A stretch of DNA of 63,539 nt, the filler included, from Thraustochytrium aureum (taxonomy: Eukaryota): NCBI GenBank assembly GCA_012862495.1. It is 5 parts of 2 records of this genome, joined end to end, with 100 filler letters (N's around TTAATTAATTAA, not from the genome) between each part and the next. Parts side by side here need not be neighbours in the genome. Positions count along the whole stretch, not along the records: positions 1 to 22,293 come from BLSG01000378.1; positions 22,394 to 51,060 come from BLSG01000378.1; 3 more parts are not named here. One strand, written 5' to 3'. The position numbers and the translations under genes are program-made. Below are positions 10,948-22,395 of this stretch, piece by piece. Numbering within the stretch: the stretch's first letter is position 1; every line of letters starts with the position of its first letter. The notes under the pieces were generated by a model. The model made no database searches, was not told where the DNA came from, and saw only the letters and a program-made list of their open reading frames with translations.

Positions 10948-12600
10948 AGGTCCAGGTCGCCGAGGCGCAGGTCCAGGTCGCCCAGGCGCACGTCCAGGTC
11001 GCCCAGGAGGAGTAGGAGGAGGTCGAGGTCGTCCAGTCCGGATAGGCAAAGGAAAGGAAAGGGGAGAGGAAGTGACAGTAGCAGAGGGCGAAGGGCGCGG
11101 TCGACTAGTCGGTCTAGGCCGCGCTCCAGGACGCGCTTGAGGTCGGGGTCGAGGTCGCGGCGAAGCAGTCGCTCGCAAACCAGCGCCCGCCGCCGTCGTG
11201 ACTCTCGGTCAAGGTCGCCCGGGAGAGCGCGAGAATACCGAGAGTCGAGCAGGCGAAGAGGGCGAAGACGAAGGAGTCGGAGTTTAAGCAGTAGCAGCAG
11301 GAGCAGCAGCGGCCGCCGCCGCCGCCACCTCAGAGATAGGGGCAGCAACAGCCGCAGACGACAGCGACGCGCCAAGCAGAGTCGAGGAAACGTCGAGGTC
11401 GAAGCGACAGTAGAAGCAGCGGCGCCAGCGACGGTAGGAGCAGCGGGAAGAGCAGCAGCAGCGGCAGCGAGAGCAGCAGCAGCAGCAGCAGCAGCAGTAG
11501 CAGCAGCAGCAGCAGTAGTGGCAGTGACGGCGCGACGCGCTCGAAGCGCAAGTCACGGAAGAAAAGGTCCGAGTCTCCTGAGTCGAAGCGGCAGGCCGCG
11601 ATGACGCCCGAAGAACGGGCCCTCGATCGCGACAGGCGTACCGTACGCGTTTCGCAAGTGCAAGTCAGGGCCGACGAGCGCGATCTCAAGCATTTTTTTC
11701 GCAAGTCGTGCAAGGTTCGCTCAATCAGTTTGATTCGCGACCCGATCACCCGGCGCTCCAAGGGCGTTGCGTACGTCGAGCTCAAGACGGAGGCAGACCG
11801 AGACGAGGCTCTTGCGATGTCCGGTCGGCCGCTCAATTTCAGAAACGGCGAGATTGGGCTGCCCGTCCAGGTGAAACCGAGTGAGGCCGACCGCAACGTA
11901 GCGTATTTGCGGGGAAACCATGAGCGCCCGAGCCCGGCCCCCGCCCCCGCCCCCGCCCCCGCGACGCCCCGGAGCCGCCGCCCCGAAGCGTCTCGAGCGC
12001 AACGGAGCGAGTCAAGGTGAAGCCAACGCAGACCACGGCGTCGCTCAGGCTGCCCCCCAAATCGACGGCGCAGAGGAGCGGACCGCGTGGAAGCTGGACC
12101 AGGACGACCGCGGCGAGTCAAAGGGGGTTTCCCTTGACGCCAAGCAGCGTGCCTCCCTAATGTCGAAACTAGCTGGTGGTGCGGCGGCANNNNNNNNNNN
12201 NNNNNNNNNNNNNNNNNNNNNNNNNNNNNNNNNNNNNNNNNNNNNNNNNNNNNNNNNNNNNNNNNNNNNNNNNNNNNNNNNNNNNNNNNNNNNNNNNNNN
12301 NNNNNNNNNNNNNNNNNNNNNNNNNNNNNNNNNNNNNNNNNNNNNNNNNNNNNNNNNNNNNNNNNNNNNNNNNNNNNNNNNNNNNNNNNNNNNNNNNNCG
12401 TTCAATTGTGCGCCGTCGATGACCGCAGCAAAGGAGATGTCTTCGTCCGCTTTTCCGCCCCGGATGCGGCGCAGAGAGCAGCGGCCGCGTTGCACGGCCG
12501 TTGGTTCAACTTGCGCAGCCTGGCGGTCGCCTATTTGGACGAGCCAACCTTTGCCGGCGCCGTCGCCAGGATCACGGCACGCGCCACAGCGGGAACGTGA
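10948..12600 (+). CDS. RBM39: RBM39/RBM23 (CAPER)-like splicing factor; gapped and frameshifted, start possibly at ATG 10204
   Basis: RS domain; RRM DRDRRTV...RDPITRRSKGVAYVEL; linker GVSLDAKQRASLMSKLA; UHM SKGDVFVRF...ALHGRWFNLRSL. Confidence 0.85.
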
Positions 12601-12732
12601 AACGGGCCAGACGTCTTGATTGAGCAGTGAATAGCGATTTGGCTACCTACTCCGTGTTTGGTTGAACTTGCTGGTTGGAAGCATTGGAGCATTGTCAGAA
12701 AAATCAAAATAAAAACACAGTTTGCCTTGGGT

Positions 12733-15085
12733 TCATGCCGCGGAGAGATCGCGCTCTGCAGCGAACGAGCGGACTCTCTGAGCGCAGTCGGCGTCGAGGC
12801 TTCCGGAGGCAAGTGCGGCGAGGTCGGCCAGGCGCTCCTCTGCGAGAGGCAGCTCCATGAGGAGAGGGAGAAACGCAGCCCAGTCTGCCGCCCCGGCAGT
12901 AGCGGCAGGTTCACCTGGCGGTGGGACACTGAGAACGACCTGCTTGCACTGCTGCAGCAGCAGACCGGCCGCGACAGCGAAAAGCTCAGCCCCGCACGTG
13001 GACTCTGAGCGCAGCCAGCCGAGCAGCTTGAGGCGGTGGCTATGCGCCAGCGTTCGCTGGCCCCGAGCGTCTGGCTTGCGTGCTGCTATGCCGATTGACT
13101 TGGCTGCCACTGCCAGGTCGGATGCGACGCGCGTGAACAGGCCCTGGTCGCCTGAACCCCGAGTCACAGCCGCGGTGGCGTCGTCGAGCACGCGCACCAC
13201 GGCCTCGAACCTTTCCCGCACTGCAACGTCAGCAATGAGAGCGGTAGACGACGCAATAGCATCGCGCTGCCATTCGCTGAGGGACGAAGAAGCCTTCTCC
13301 TCGCCCTGCATTAGGAGCTGATGTTTTATCAATGCGCAAGCGAGCGGACAGGCGGCCCTTGCAAGGAACGCAGCTCCAAGGCGCTGAATGGCAGGGTCGA
13401 GTTGCTGTGCCTCGGCCTTTGCGAGTAGGAGCTCTAAGGCCTTGTCCATGCCAGCGGCCTGCAAAGCAAACGCCGCATGACCCTCTACAAACGCAACTTC
13501 GAGCGCGTCAGCTTGCTGGCGCGCAGAGCCGTCAAGCCCCCCCGCGCTGTGGCCTGCAGCCTCGAGCTTGTTGTACTCGTCATGAAAAGCGCGCCTGAAT
13601 ACGCCGCCAAGGTCGGCAACGAGCTCTGCCATGAGCGGCTTCGCATCCTCGAGCTCCAGAGCGGGCGCTCGCTTGCGCACGATGGCCACGAGCGCCTTGC
13701 GCCCCGACGCGGCCCGCAGCCGCGCCTCAGCGAAATCGGGGAGAGGAGGCAGGACCGCCTCGTCCGCGGCCCCTGCGGTCCCATCCTTGGCGCCGCGTTT
13801 GGACTTTGCTGTCTTGCTTTGGGACCGCGTGCCATGCGTGCCGCCGCTCGAGGCCACGATGGTGTAAGTCTCTGGTTGCTCCTCAAAGGCCACCTTTGCG
13901 GCCTGAGCGGCGCTGGCCGCGACCTGGGCCTCGAGCGCTTCAGCGAGGGGTTTGCTGAGAAGAAAGTGCGTCGCCACGACGAACGCCTCCGCCGTGCGTT
14001 TTCGCCTTGGCCCGACCTGCTTGCAAGCGCTCACAAGCACGGCAACATCTTTCTCGGTGACGCCCGAGGGCGCGGCGACTCTGGTGTCCAGGAACGAGCC
14101 GCTCTCGACGCAGTCGGCCACTGCGGCCGCAAATGCCTGCGCCGTTTCTCCGGCTACGATGCAGCTGTCCAGCTGCATCGCATCCGGGAAGGTTTCGCGT
14201 ACGTACTTGATGACTGGTTTGGGGAGCTGCATTTGGCGCGCAAGCGCGAGGGGCAGCGACCTGTTCGCGGCGAAAAAGGCATCGGCTGCTTGCCGCTGCA
14301 ATACTTGAAACGCTTCGGGCACGTACTCACCGGCACGCACGGCGCCAGGCAGCCCAAGGACAGCCGCGTACCGCGCCAGCTCATCGAGTGCCATACCGAG
14401 CTCTAGGGCGACCGGGCCGAGGGCGGTCGGCCGAAGCAAACCAAGAAGCGCCCCTCGGACGCGGGCCTTGCGCGCCTCTTCGTAAGCCCGCGTCCGAAGC
14501 GCGCCGCCCTTGATCTCGGCCTCAATGATTGAGCCAATCCGCCCTTCCACAGCCTCGCGCGCCATCTTCACAGGGAGCGAGAGCTGGGTGGCGATGTCGC
14601 CGATCGACATTGTCCCATCTGACGCCTGGAGTGCCTCGTTCACCTGGCGGCACGCCTCGTCCAAGTAGGCCTCGGTGACCACCTCCACAGGCGAAACCAT
14701 CACCACATCCTCTCGCGCCGCCACGACCTCGGCCACGATGCCCTCCACGACGCCGAGCTCGACGTTGAGGCTGGCGGCGACCTCGTCGAGCCTCGCGCGG
14801 CCTCCCCTGCCATCAATCTCCTCTTCGACCTCCTCGCGCGCCCTCCGCGGCGTCAAGAACTCTTTCCCAGAGAGCGTGAGCACGATCTGCGCGTCGCGTC
14901 AGCGCGCCGCCCCAGCGCCGCCGCCCCAGCGCCGCGCGCCTCGCGGGCCAACTCACCTCGATCTTGCCCAGCTCGCGCAGCTTGCGCACGAGATCCACCA
15001 CGTCCTGCTCCGACAGCCGCGCCGCCGCCTGCGCCGCCTGCGCCTCGGCCAGCGCCTCCTGCAGCAGCGCCAGCTCCGCGTCCAT
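12733..15085 (-). CDS. UFL1: E3 UFM1-protein ligase 1; two exons (15085-14957, 14886-12733)
   Basis: The spliced N-terminus ...RLSEQDVVDLVRKLRELGKIE/IVLTLSGKEFLTP...GGRARLDEV matches the UFL1 pattern. The GT-AG intron preserves the frame. Confidence 0.88.
14887..14956 (-). other. Spliceosomal intron (70 nt) in UFL1
   Basis: GTGAGT donor, CTGAC branch-like site, GCAG acceptor. Confidence 0.88.
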
Positions 15086-15731
15086 CCTCGCGCCCGCCCG
15101 CGCCCCGCGCCGGTGGANNNNNNNNNNNNNNNNNNNNNNNNNNNNNNNNNNNNNNNNNNNNNNNNNNNNNNNNNNNNNNNNNNNNNNNNNNNNNNNNNNN
15201 NNNNNNNNNNNNNNNNNNNNNNNNNNNNNNNNNNNNNNNNNNNNNNNNNNNNNNNNNNNNNNNNNNNNNNNNNNNNNNNNNNNNNNNNNNNNNNNNNNNN
15301 NNNNNNNNNNNNNNNNNNNNNNNNNNNNNNNNNNNNNNNNNNNNNNNNNNNNNNNNNNNNNNNNNNNNNNNNNNNNNNNNNNNNNNNNNNNNNNNNNNNN
15401 NNNNNNNNNNNNNNNNNNNNNNNNNNNNNNNNNNNNNNNNNNNNNNNNNNNNNNNNNNNNNNNNNNNNNNNNNNNNNNNNNNNNNNNNNNNNNNNNNNNN
15501 GAACAGCGAGGACCGGGGCGTGGCCGGGCCCGCCTGCAGACCCGCCTCGCGTGCCGCTGCGCGCCTCGTTGACGGCTCCAAAGGCGACCGCCTCGTCGCC
15601 ACAATGGCAGCTTCAACGCCGGCCACAATGGCGGCCAGGATGGCGGCCAGGATGGCGAGGCAGACCCAGTTCGCGAGCTGCTGCGCAGGGCTGAGGACGC
15701 GCGCGCGGACGCGGACGCGAGGCTGGCCGGG

Positions 15732-17234
15732 ATGGTGCTGGGCGCGCGGGTGGCACGGGATGGGCGCAGTGATGGCGGCGCGCTCGGGGAAGAGCACGAG
15801 GCGACCGGCGTCGTGGTCGGCCTTCTGGACGAGGACGCGGAGGTGGACGAGCTCCTGCACGAGGACGGGACCGGGGCGTGCGAGGAGCGGATGGCGCCCG
15901 AGGCACGCGCGGCGGAGAAGGGAACGGCGGCGTGGCTGGTGAGCTTGACGCTGACCATGTCGGTCGTCGGGACGGGGCTCTTGGCGCTTCCGGCGGCGTT
16001 CAAGTGCTTGGGGGTACTGCAAAGCCTTGGCGTGCTGGCGGCGGTGTCCGTGGCGATGCTGTTCTCGGGGGACCTGGTGCTGAGGAGCTACCTTGTGGCC
16101 GGGGACGGCGCAGAGTCGTACGAAGGACTGACCGCCGCGGCGTGCCATAGGCTCGTTCGGTGGCCTGCGCTGGGACGGCACGAGGGCGCGGCGCGATCGG
16201 TGGTTAGCGTCGTGAACGCGACGGGCCTTTTCGGGGGCTGCTGCGCGTACATCGCCATTGGCAAGGACATTTTCCCGGTGCTTAAGGAGCGTTTCGGCGG
16301 CGCGGGCCAGGACGCCTGGTACCTCCGTGACGACGTTGTCACCTTGGTGCTGGTGTCGCTAGTTTCGTTCCCGCTCTGCCTGCTGCGCAGCCTGAGCAGC
16401 CTCCGGTACAGCAGCATTGTCGGTTTTTGCTTTTCGATCTACATGGTGATCGTGATCACGTGGCGCGGCCTGTCGGCGCTGGGTCGAGGGCAAGCCGCCT
16501 GGCCGGGGGTCGCCGAGCGCGCCTGCTCCGAGGAGACGCCCTGGGAGGGCTTTGTGGCAGCCGTCAGCGTCTTCAACTTTTCGTTTGTCTTTCACTTCAA
16601 CGTGCTGCCGCTCTTTCGGTCCCTCCCGCGGGCCAGGCGGACCAAGCCCGTGATGCGGCGCATCCTGCTCGGCACGACTGTGAGCTGCTTTGTGCTGTAT
16701 GCGTTGCTGGGACTGAGCGGCTATGCCCTGTTCGGCGCGCTCGTGGAGGGCAACATCCTCAACAACTTTTCAGTCGACGACGACGCGATCAACTCGGCGC
16801 GCATCGCGATCTGTGCCTGCTGCTTTCTGTGTCTGCCCCTGCTCGAGCACCCACTGCGGGGCACGATCCTCGCGCTGTTTGGGGTAGCGAGCACGCGGTG
16901 GTCGCGGCTCCTTGCGAGCATGTGCTTGCTTGGCTCGCAGTTCGTCATCGCTCTTGTTGCGCCAAACATTAAGGTTGTCTTCCAGGTCACTGGCGGGTCC
17001 GCGGTGGTCGGATTCTGCTTTGTGTTTCCGATCCTGTTCGCGCTGTGCATCTTGCCACACCGCGGGGCCGTCAGCGGTGCGGGCGATGCGCTCGAGGAGC
17101 CCTTAGTGGCTGCCGAAGGCGCTGGCGAGGGGCCGAGCGAGTCGCTTTCGCGGCTTGAACGGTGGGTCTGCTATTCGATGCTCGTATCATTCCCCTTCTG
17201 CGGTGCCTGGTCCATCGCTTCTGCTCACCACTGA
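15732..17234 (+). CDS. AAAP/SLC38-family amino acid transporter; start uncertain
   Basis: VGTGLLALPAAF, PLCLLRSLSSLRYSS, FSFVFHFNVLP, GYALFG..VEGNILNNF; about 11 hydrophobic segments. Confidence 0.9.
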   Translation: MVLGARVARDGRSDGGALGEEHEATGVVVGLLDEDAEVDELLHEDGTGACEERMAPEARAAEKGTAAWLVSLTLTMSVVGTGLLALPAAFKCLGVLQSLGVLAAVSVAMLFSGDLVLRSYLVAGDGAESYEGLTAAACHRLVRWPALGRHEGAARSVVSVVNATGLFGGCCAYIAIGKDIFPVLKERFGGAGQDAWYLRDDVVTLVLVSLVSFPLCLLRSLSSLRYSSIVGFCFSIYMVIVITWRGLSALGRGQAAWPGVAERACSEETPWEGFVAAVSVFNFSFVFHFNVLPLFRSLPRARRTKPVMRRILLGTTVSCFVLYALLGLSGYALFGALVEGNILNNFSVDDDAINSARIAICACCFLCLPLLEHPLRGTILALFGVASTRWSRLLASMCLLGSQFVIALVAPNIKVVFQVTGGSAVVGFCFVFPILFALCILPHRGAVSGAGDALEEPLVAAEGAGEGPSESLSRLERWVCYSMLVSFPFCGAWSIASAHH

Positions 17235-17657
17235 TCGAGGCCAGGCGGCCCGCGGAGCTCGCACTTGCAAACCTACTTTCATCCATGACGTGACAACAAC
17301 AATGACAATGACAATGCGCTCATCATCCTTGCACTTGTCCAGAGCGCGGGTCGTGCGTGGGCCGTCGCAGCAACGCCGCTTGCGTGCGGCGCCACGGCCG
17401 CGGCCACGGCAGCGCGCTCGATGGTGGCTGATGACTCTGGCTGGCACTGTGATGTGACAACTTCTCACGAGCACTTGACGATGATGACAAGATACTCCAA
17501 CCTGTGCCGCTGCCGCGAGACTCGAACGACAGACCGACAGACCCACACGAGGGAGCGCAGGCGCCAGAGCAGATCGCAAGAGCAGCAGCCAGCGGCAGCA
17601 CGAGCAGGAGTCAGCAGGAGCGGCAGGAGTGCAGCGCGCGAGCGGCGGCCAGTCGAG

Positions 17658-18715
17658 ATGGCGCTCTTCGGATCGAGAAGCTCCGCGCTGGTGCGTGGCC
17701 TCGGCGCGGCAGGTCGCTGCGCGCTGCCCGCGCGGCAGACCGCGCTCGCGGCGTGGGGCGTGCGGTGGCAGTCCACCTCGCTGGGGCCGTACGAGAACAT
17801 TCTCGCCGAGAAGCTGGAGGGCCGCGTGGCGCTGATCACGCTCAACAGGCCGAAAGCGCTCAACGCGCTCTGCTCGCCGCTGATCGCCGACCTGAACGAC
17901 GCGACGCGCAAGCTCGACCTGGACGATGACGTTGGCGCAATCGTGATCACCGGGAGCGAAAAGGCGTTTGCGGCCGGCGCCGACATCAAGGAGATGGCGC
18001 CCAAGGACTACATGACTGCGTACAAGACCAACATGTTCGCCGACTGGGCCGACCTGACCAAGGTCCAAACGCCGATTATCATGGCCGTCAACGGCTTTGC
18101 CCTCGGCGGCGGCTGCGAGCTCGCTATGGAGGGCGACATCATCCTTGCCGGCGACAAGGCCCAGTTTGGCCAGCCTGAGATCAAGCTCGGCACGATTCCC
18201 GTAAGTTGCATCGCAGACGCGCCTTGAGCCGACGCGGCCGGTCTTCTCGGGGAGATGTGGAGCGGGGTCGATGGGCGGTGGCTCGAGGCCTGGGAGGCGG
18301 GGTGCTTGGTGGAGCGGAGCTGACGGCGAGTTGATGGCTGGCGGTGCGGTCGCAGGGCTGCGGCGGGACCCAGCGCCTCATCCGGGCTGTGGGCAAGTCC
18401 AAGGCGATGGAGCTCGTGCTCACGGGCGGGATGATGAGCGCTCAGGAGGCCGAGGCAAAGGGCCTGGTCGCTCGCGTTTACCCTGCCGCCGAGCTGGTGA
18501 ACGAGGCCCTTGCGATGGCGCGCAAGATCGCGGCCTTCTCCAAGCCGATCGCGCAAATGGCCAAGGAGGCGGTCAACGCCTCTTACGAGATGTCGCTCGA
18601 AGAGGGCTTGCGCCTGGAGCGGCGCCTCTTCCACAGCACCTTTTCGACCGACGACCGCCGCGAGGGCATGACCGCCTTTATTGAGAAGCGCCCGGCCAAC
18701 TTTACGCACAAGTGA
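17658..18715 (+). CDS. ECHS1: Mitochondrial short-chain enoyl-CoA hydratase; two exons (17658-18200, 18356-18715)
   Basis: Arg/Ala-rich presequence, [47 protein letters not shown]. Confidence 0.95.
18201..18355 (+). other. Spliceosomal intron (155 nt) in ECHS1
   Basis: GTAAGT donor, CTGAC upstream of the CGCAG acceptor; splicing restores GTIPGCGGTQR. Confidence 0.92.
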
Positions 18716-18898
18716 GCGGGCGCGAGCAGCGCGACCCCGAGGCAAGCTGCGAGCAACGCGGAGAAATGAAAGGACCATTTCCCAAAGAAAAGGAAGGCTT
18801 TGTTTTGGACAGCTCCACCCACACACGTTGTCACAAGGTGACTACAAACAAATCAACAAAAGCGCCAGCCCGCGGAAAACGAGACCGCGCAGCTCGCC

Positions 18899-19566
18899 TC
18901 ACAAAAAGCGCACGATGTGGTTCCAAATGTCGCACGGCATGCCACTCGCGCGTGCAAGGGCCGCTGCGGGCGACTTCGAGAGCGTTCTCAGCCGCTCCCA
19001 CTGAATTGCTGTCGTGACACGCTCGCGCGCCATCGCGGTCTCCCAGGCGGCCCCCGAGTTGCCCGCCTCACGCCGCGCGACTACAAGCAAGCGCTGCGTG
19101 GGCGCGCTTGCCTCTGCCGCGTCCTCGGCGCCGATCACGAACGGGCTGGCCCGGCCTGCAAGAGCAGCGCGACGCATGCGGCGTGGTTGTGCGCGACAGC
19201 CAGACGCAGGCTTTCGACGAGCGTGCCGTCCACAGGGGCGCGCTCCTCCTCGCCGGCGCTGCACACGTACACAATAAGAATTCGCAGGCACCTCGCCTGG
19301 CCGTACCTCGCCGCGCTGTGCAGCGCGGTAAACCCCCTAACATCCCTACTCAGCACGTTGGACCTAAACCTCACCAGCAGCTCGAGCAGCTTCACGTCGC
19401 CGTTCTCCGCGGCCATCTGCGCCATGCTCCGCTTGTCCTTATCGGCGCCTTCGCGTCGCCTCCTCGGCCTGCCGCCCGGCCCGGCCCCGTCGCCCTCGAG
19501 CCAGTGCGCATCAGCGGGATTCACAAACCGCGCGCGGCGCGCCCTCCCGCCCTCCGACACCATCAT
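18899..19566 (-). CDS. Small ankyrin-repeat protein; probable frameshift near 19150
   Basis: AAENGDVKLLELLV, GFTALHSAARYGQARCLRILI, AVAHNHAACVALLLQAG. The adjacent frame ends MPCDIWNHIVRFL*. Confidence 0.75.
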
Positions 19567-20140
19567 CCTGCCCACACGCACGCACGCACAAACGCACGCG
19601 CCCACAAACGCACAACGCACGAACGCCCAGCTCGATGGGGTCCTGCTCGACCTGCGCGGCAAACACACATGAGCTCGTTGGCGTCCTGCTCGGTCCGTTT
19701 CATCTCTGTCGCCACGCCCGCTCGCGACCCCGACAGTCTTGACTCTTGACTCAAGGCCCTGTGGGGCGCCTAGCTTCCAGGGTTTTGTGACTCGCAGGTG
19801 TTCGCTCTGTTCGCCACGCGCCCCGATGGGTCTTGGGGCGTTCCACTGTGGGGAGATTCACAGTGAGTTTGATGCTGGGGCACACGTTAGGAGGGGCGGA
19901 TTTGTCTCAAGAGCGGCGAGGGAAGACTCTGTGAGGGCCGCGTGCTGAGGGAGGGAGCTGGGAAGGAGAAGTGAGGAGCGAGGCTCTGAGAAAAGAGAAT
20001 GGCTTGGTCAAGAGGCCTGTGTGCGGGTTCCCTTTCGCGACGCGAGGCTCTGAGGAACTCGATTGTTCGGCGAGCTGTGGGTGCCCCTACTCTAAATCCC
20101 TTCTGAGGGGACAGAATAAGGGAGGGCTCCATCGGTCGCG

Positions 20141-20172
20141 TGACGTCAGACTATCCGCTGGCATGACGTCAT
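20141..20172. promoter_or_regulatory. Two perfect CRE-type palindromes (TGACGTCA)
   Basis: TGACGTCA at 20141-20148 and 20164-20171, between two divergently transcribed genes. Confidence 0.45.
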
Positions 20173-20375
20173 CACGCGCCCAACGGACAAATCCTGCGTT
20201 CTGCCAGCAAAAGGTGCATTGCGCGAGTTGTCGGTGAGTACACGGAGGAGTATTCTTGGAACGTTCCGTTTCGCACTTTTACGAATAGAGCCCGCGGAAA
20301 AGGGCGAAGAGCCGGTGTTGGACGGCAGCGTTGCAAGAATCGCTCAGCGATGAGATAGGTTTGCGCAGCAGCAGG

Positions 20376-20412
<37 letters not shown>

Positions 20413-20534
20413 GAAGGAGCAGCAGGAGCAGCAGCAGGAGCAGCAGCAAGCGCGAGAAGGACGGAGGTGGGGAAAGCGCGAGGCGTTGTTGGTGCTGGAG
20501 TTTGGTGTTGGACGGGCGCCGGCACGCAGGCAGG

Positions 20535-21898
20535 ATGGGCGACGAGGAGACGGCGCCGACCGTGTATGCGTACCTTGATGGGCACCGCGAATCGAGCGCG
20601 TGGTGCTCGCGCGCTGGGCTGGCGCACGTGACCTATCGAACGGGGAGACGTTCACCGGGAGGTTTAACAGCAAGCGCGAGCGCGAGGGGCGAGGCAAGTA
20701 TGTGTACGTGGATGAAGAAGGGCGCAAGTCGAGCTACGAGGGCGACTGGAGGGCATCCGTCAAGCACGGGTTTGGCGTGCTCAAGTACGCCAACGGGGAC
20801 ACGTACGAAGGCATGTGGAACGACGGCGTCAGGCACGGCCAGGGCACGTTGCGGTACGCGAACGGCGACGTCTTCTCCGGCGAGTGGGTCAACGACATCA
20901 AAGAGGGCCAGGGCGCTTATGTTTTCGCGTCGCCCGAAAGCCAGCTCGCAGGCCTCTGGCGCAACGGCGAGCTCGTGCGAGGCAAATGGATCACGCCGGA
21001 CCAGACCAGCTTCCACGGCGAGTTCGCGGACGGCAAGCCGATCAGAACGGGCGTCTTCTACCACCGGCACGGGCTGACACAGGAAGGCTCGTTCCTCGTC
21101 GACGGCGCGGACGCCGAGGAAGGGGAGGCCGCGCCGGAGGACGACGGCGAAACCGAGCCAAAGCCGCGCAAGTTTCGCGGCGGGTTTATCTCGCTCGCCC
21201 TCGACGGATCGCCCGAGCTCGCCTTTAGCGACAAGCCGGCCGGCAAGGCCAGCCGCGGCGCCGCTATCGCTGACGACGACTTTGTGGTGGTCACCAAAAG
21301 CGACAAGCCGCCAAAAGAAGAAAAGGAGGATGCCGAAGAAGGACCCGCCGATGTGTCTGCAGAGGTTGCCGAAGAGAAGTCTGCGCTGGAGCGCCTCTTC
21401 GAGTCGGTCGACGGCAACGAGGACGGGCAGATTGCACTCCACGAGCTCATCGGCGCGCTGAGTGCGGCCGAGGAAGAAAAGTACCTCGTTTTGACCCGGG
21501 CCGCCCCACAAATGAGCAACACGGACTACCACGAGTTCTTCAAAGAGGTGGACACGGACGGCAACGGGTTCCTTAGCCTGGACGAGTTCAACGAGTACTT
21601 TTACATCCTCAAGCTGTTCAACTTTGTGGACGCTGACGGGTCTGGCAAGGTCCGGCACGGGGAGCTGCGTTCCGCGTTGGCTGAGCACCCAGAGGTCTTC
21701 CCTCCCGAGTTTGGCGAGGCCGGGACGTCGCGGATAGCGATCTCGGCGCTCATGAGCGCGGGCGACCTCGACTTTGATCGGCTGCTCACGTTTCGGGAGT
21801 TTGTGCACATGATTTTCAAAGTGCAGGACTCGCTCGACTCTTGCCGCAAGGAGGACGACGCTCTGGACGCCTCTATCGCAGAGGCGAAGGAGTCGTAG
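20535..21898 (+). CDS. MORN-repeat (RSPH1-like) protein with four C-terminal EF-hands; frameshift near 20637
   Basis: YEGDWRASVKHGFGVLKYANGDTYEGMW repeats; EF loops DGNEDGQIALHE, DTDGNGFLSLDE, DADGSGKVRHGE, DLDFDRLLTFRE. Confidence 0.88.
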
Positions 21899-22229
21899 GT
21901 GCGAGCAGCAGGGATGCGCTTGGCCCCCTTCGAAAGTTGGTACCTAGATGCTCATTGAAAACGAAACAACAGAGCGATTGCTTTCTGCGACTCGGCCTCT
22001 ATCCGCACGGGCAACTGGGCGAAGCAGGGCGGGAGCCGGCAGATAGGCAGGAAGACCCTGCCTGCTACGACAGATAGGTAGGTAAGAGTTGAACCCTCAA
22101 GGGAAGCCCGCGTGGGGCAAACGCTGCGGTTCCGCCCAAGCGAGCGGCGGCAGGCACGCTCGCAGCCTGACAGGCCGACTTTGTTGCAGAACTCTCTCTA
22201 CCCGTAGAGCTACCCAGCGTAGATATGTA

Positions 22230-22292
22230 TCAGCAGGTGTCCTTGATGCGGCAGTGAATGAAGAGTTCGAAGATGATGTACAGCGAGACGAG
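22230..22292 (-). CDS. Possible 3' end of a membrane protein gene cut by the scaffold end
   Basis: LVSLYIIFELFIHCRIKDTC* with GC3-rich codons; only 21 codons are visible. Confidence 0.3.
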   Translation of the reverse strand, partial: LVSLYIIFELFIHCRIKDTC

Positions 22293-22337
22293 GNNNNNNN
22301 NNNNNNNNNNNNNNNNNNNNNNNNNNNNNNNNNNNNN

Positions 22338-22349
22338 TTAATTAATTAA
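22338..22349. other. Artificial scaffold-joining linker TTAATTAATTAA
   Basis: Six-frame stop 12-mer flanked by N runs; repeated identically four times in the window. Confidence 0.97.
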
Positions 22350-22395
22350 NNNNNNNNNNNNNNNNNNNNNNNNNNNNNNNNNNNNNNNNNNNNAG

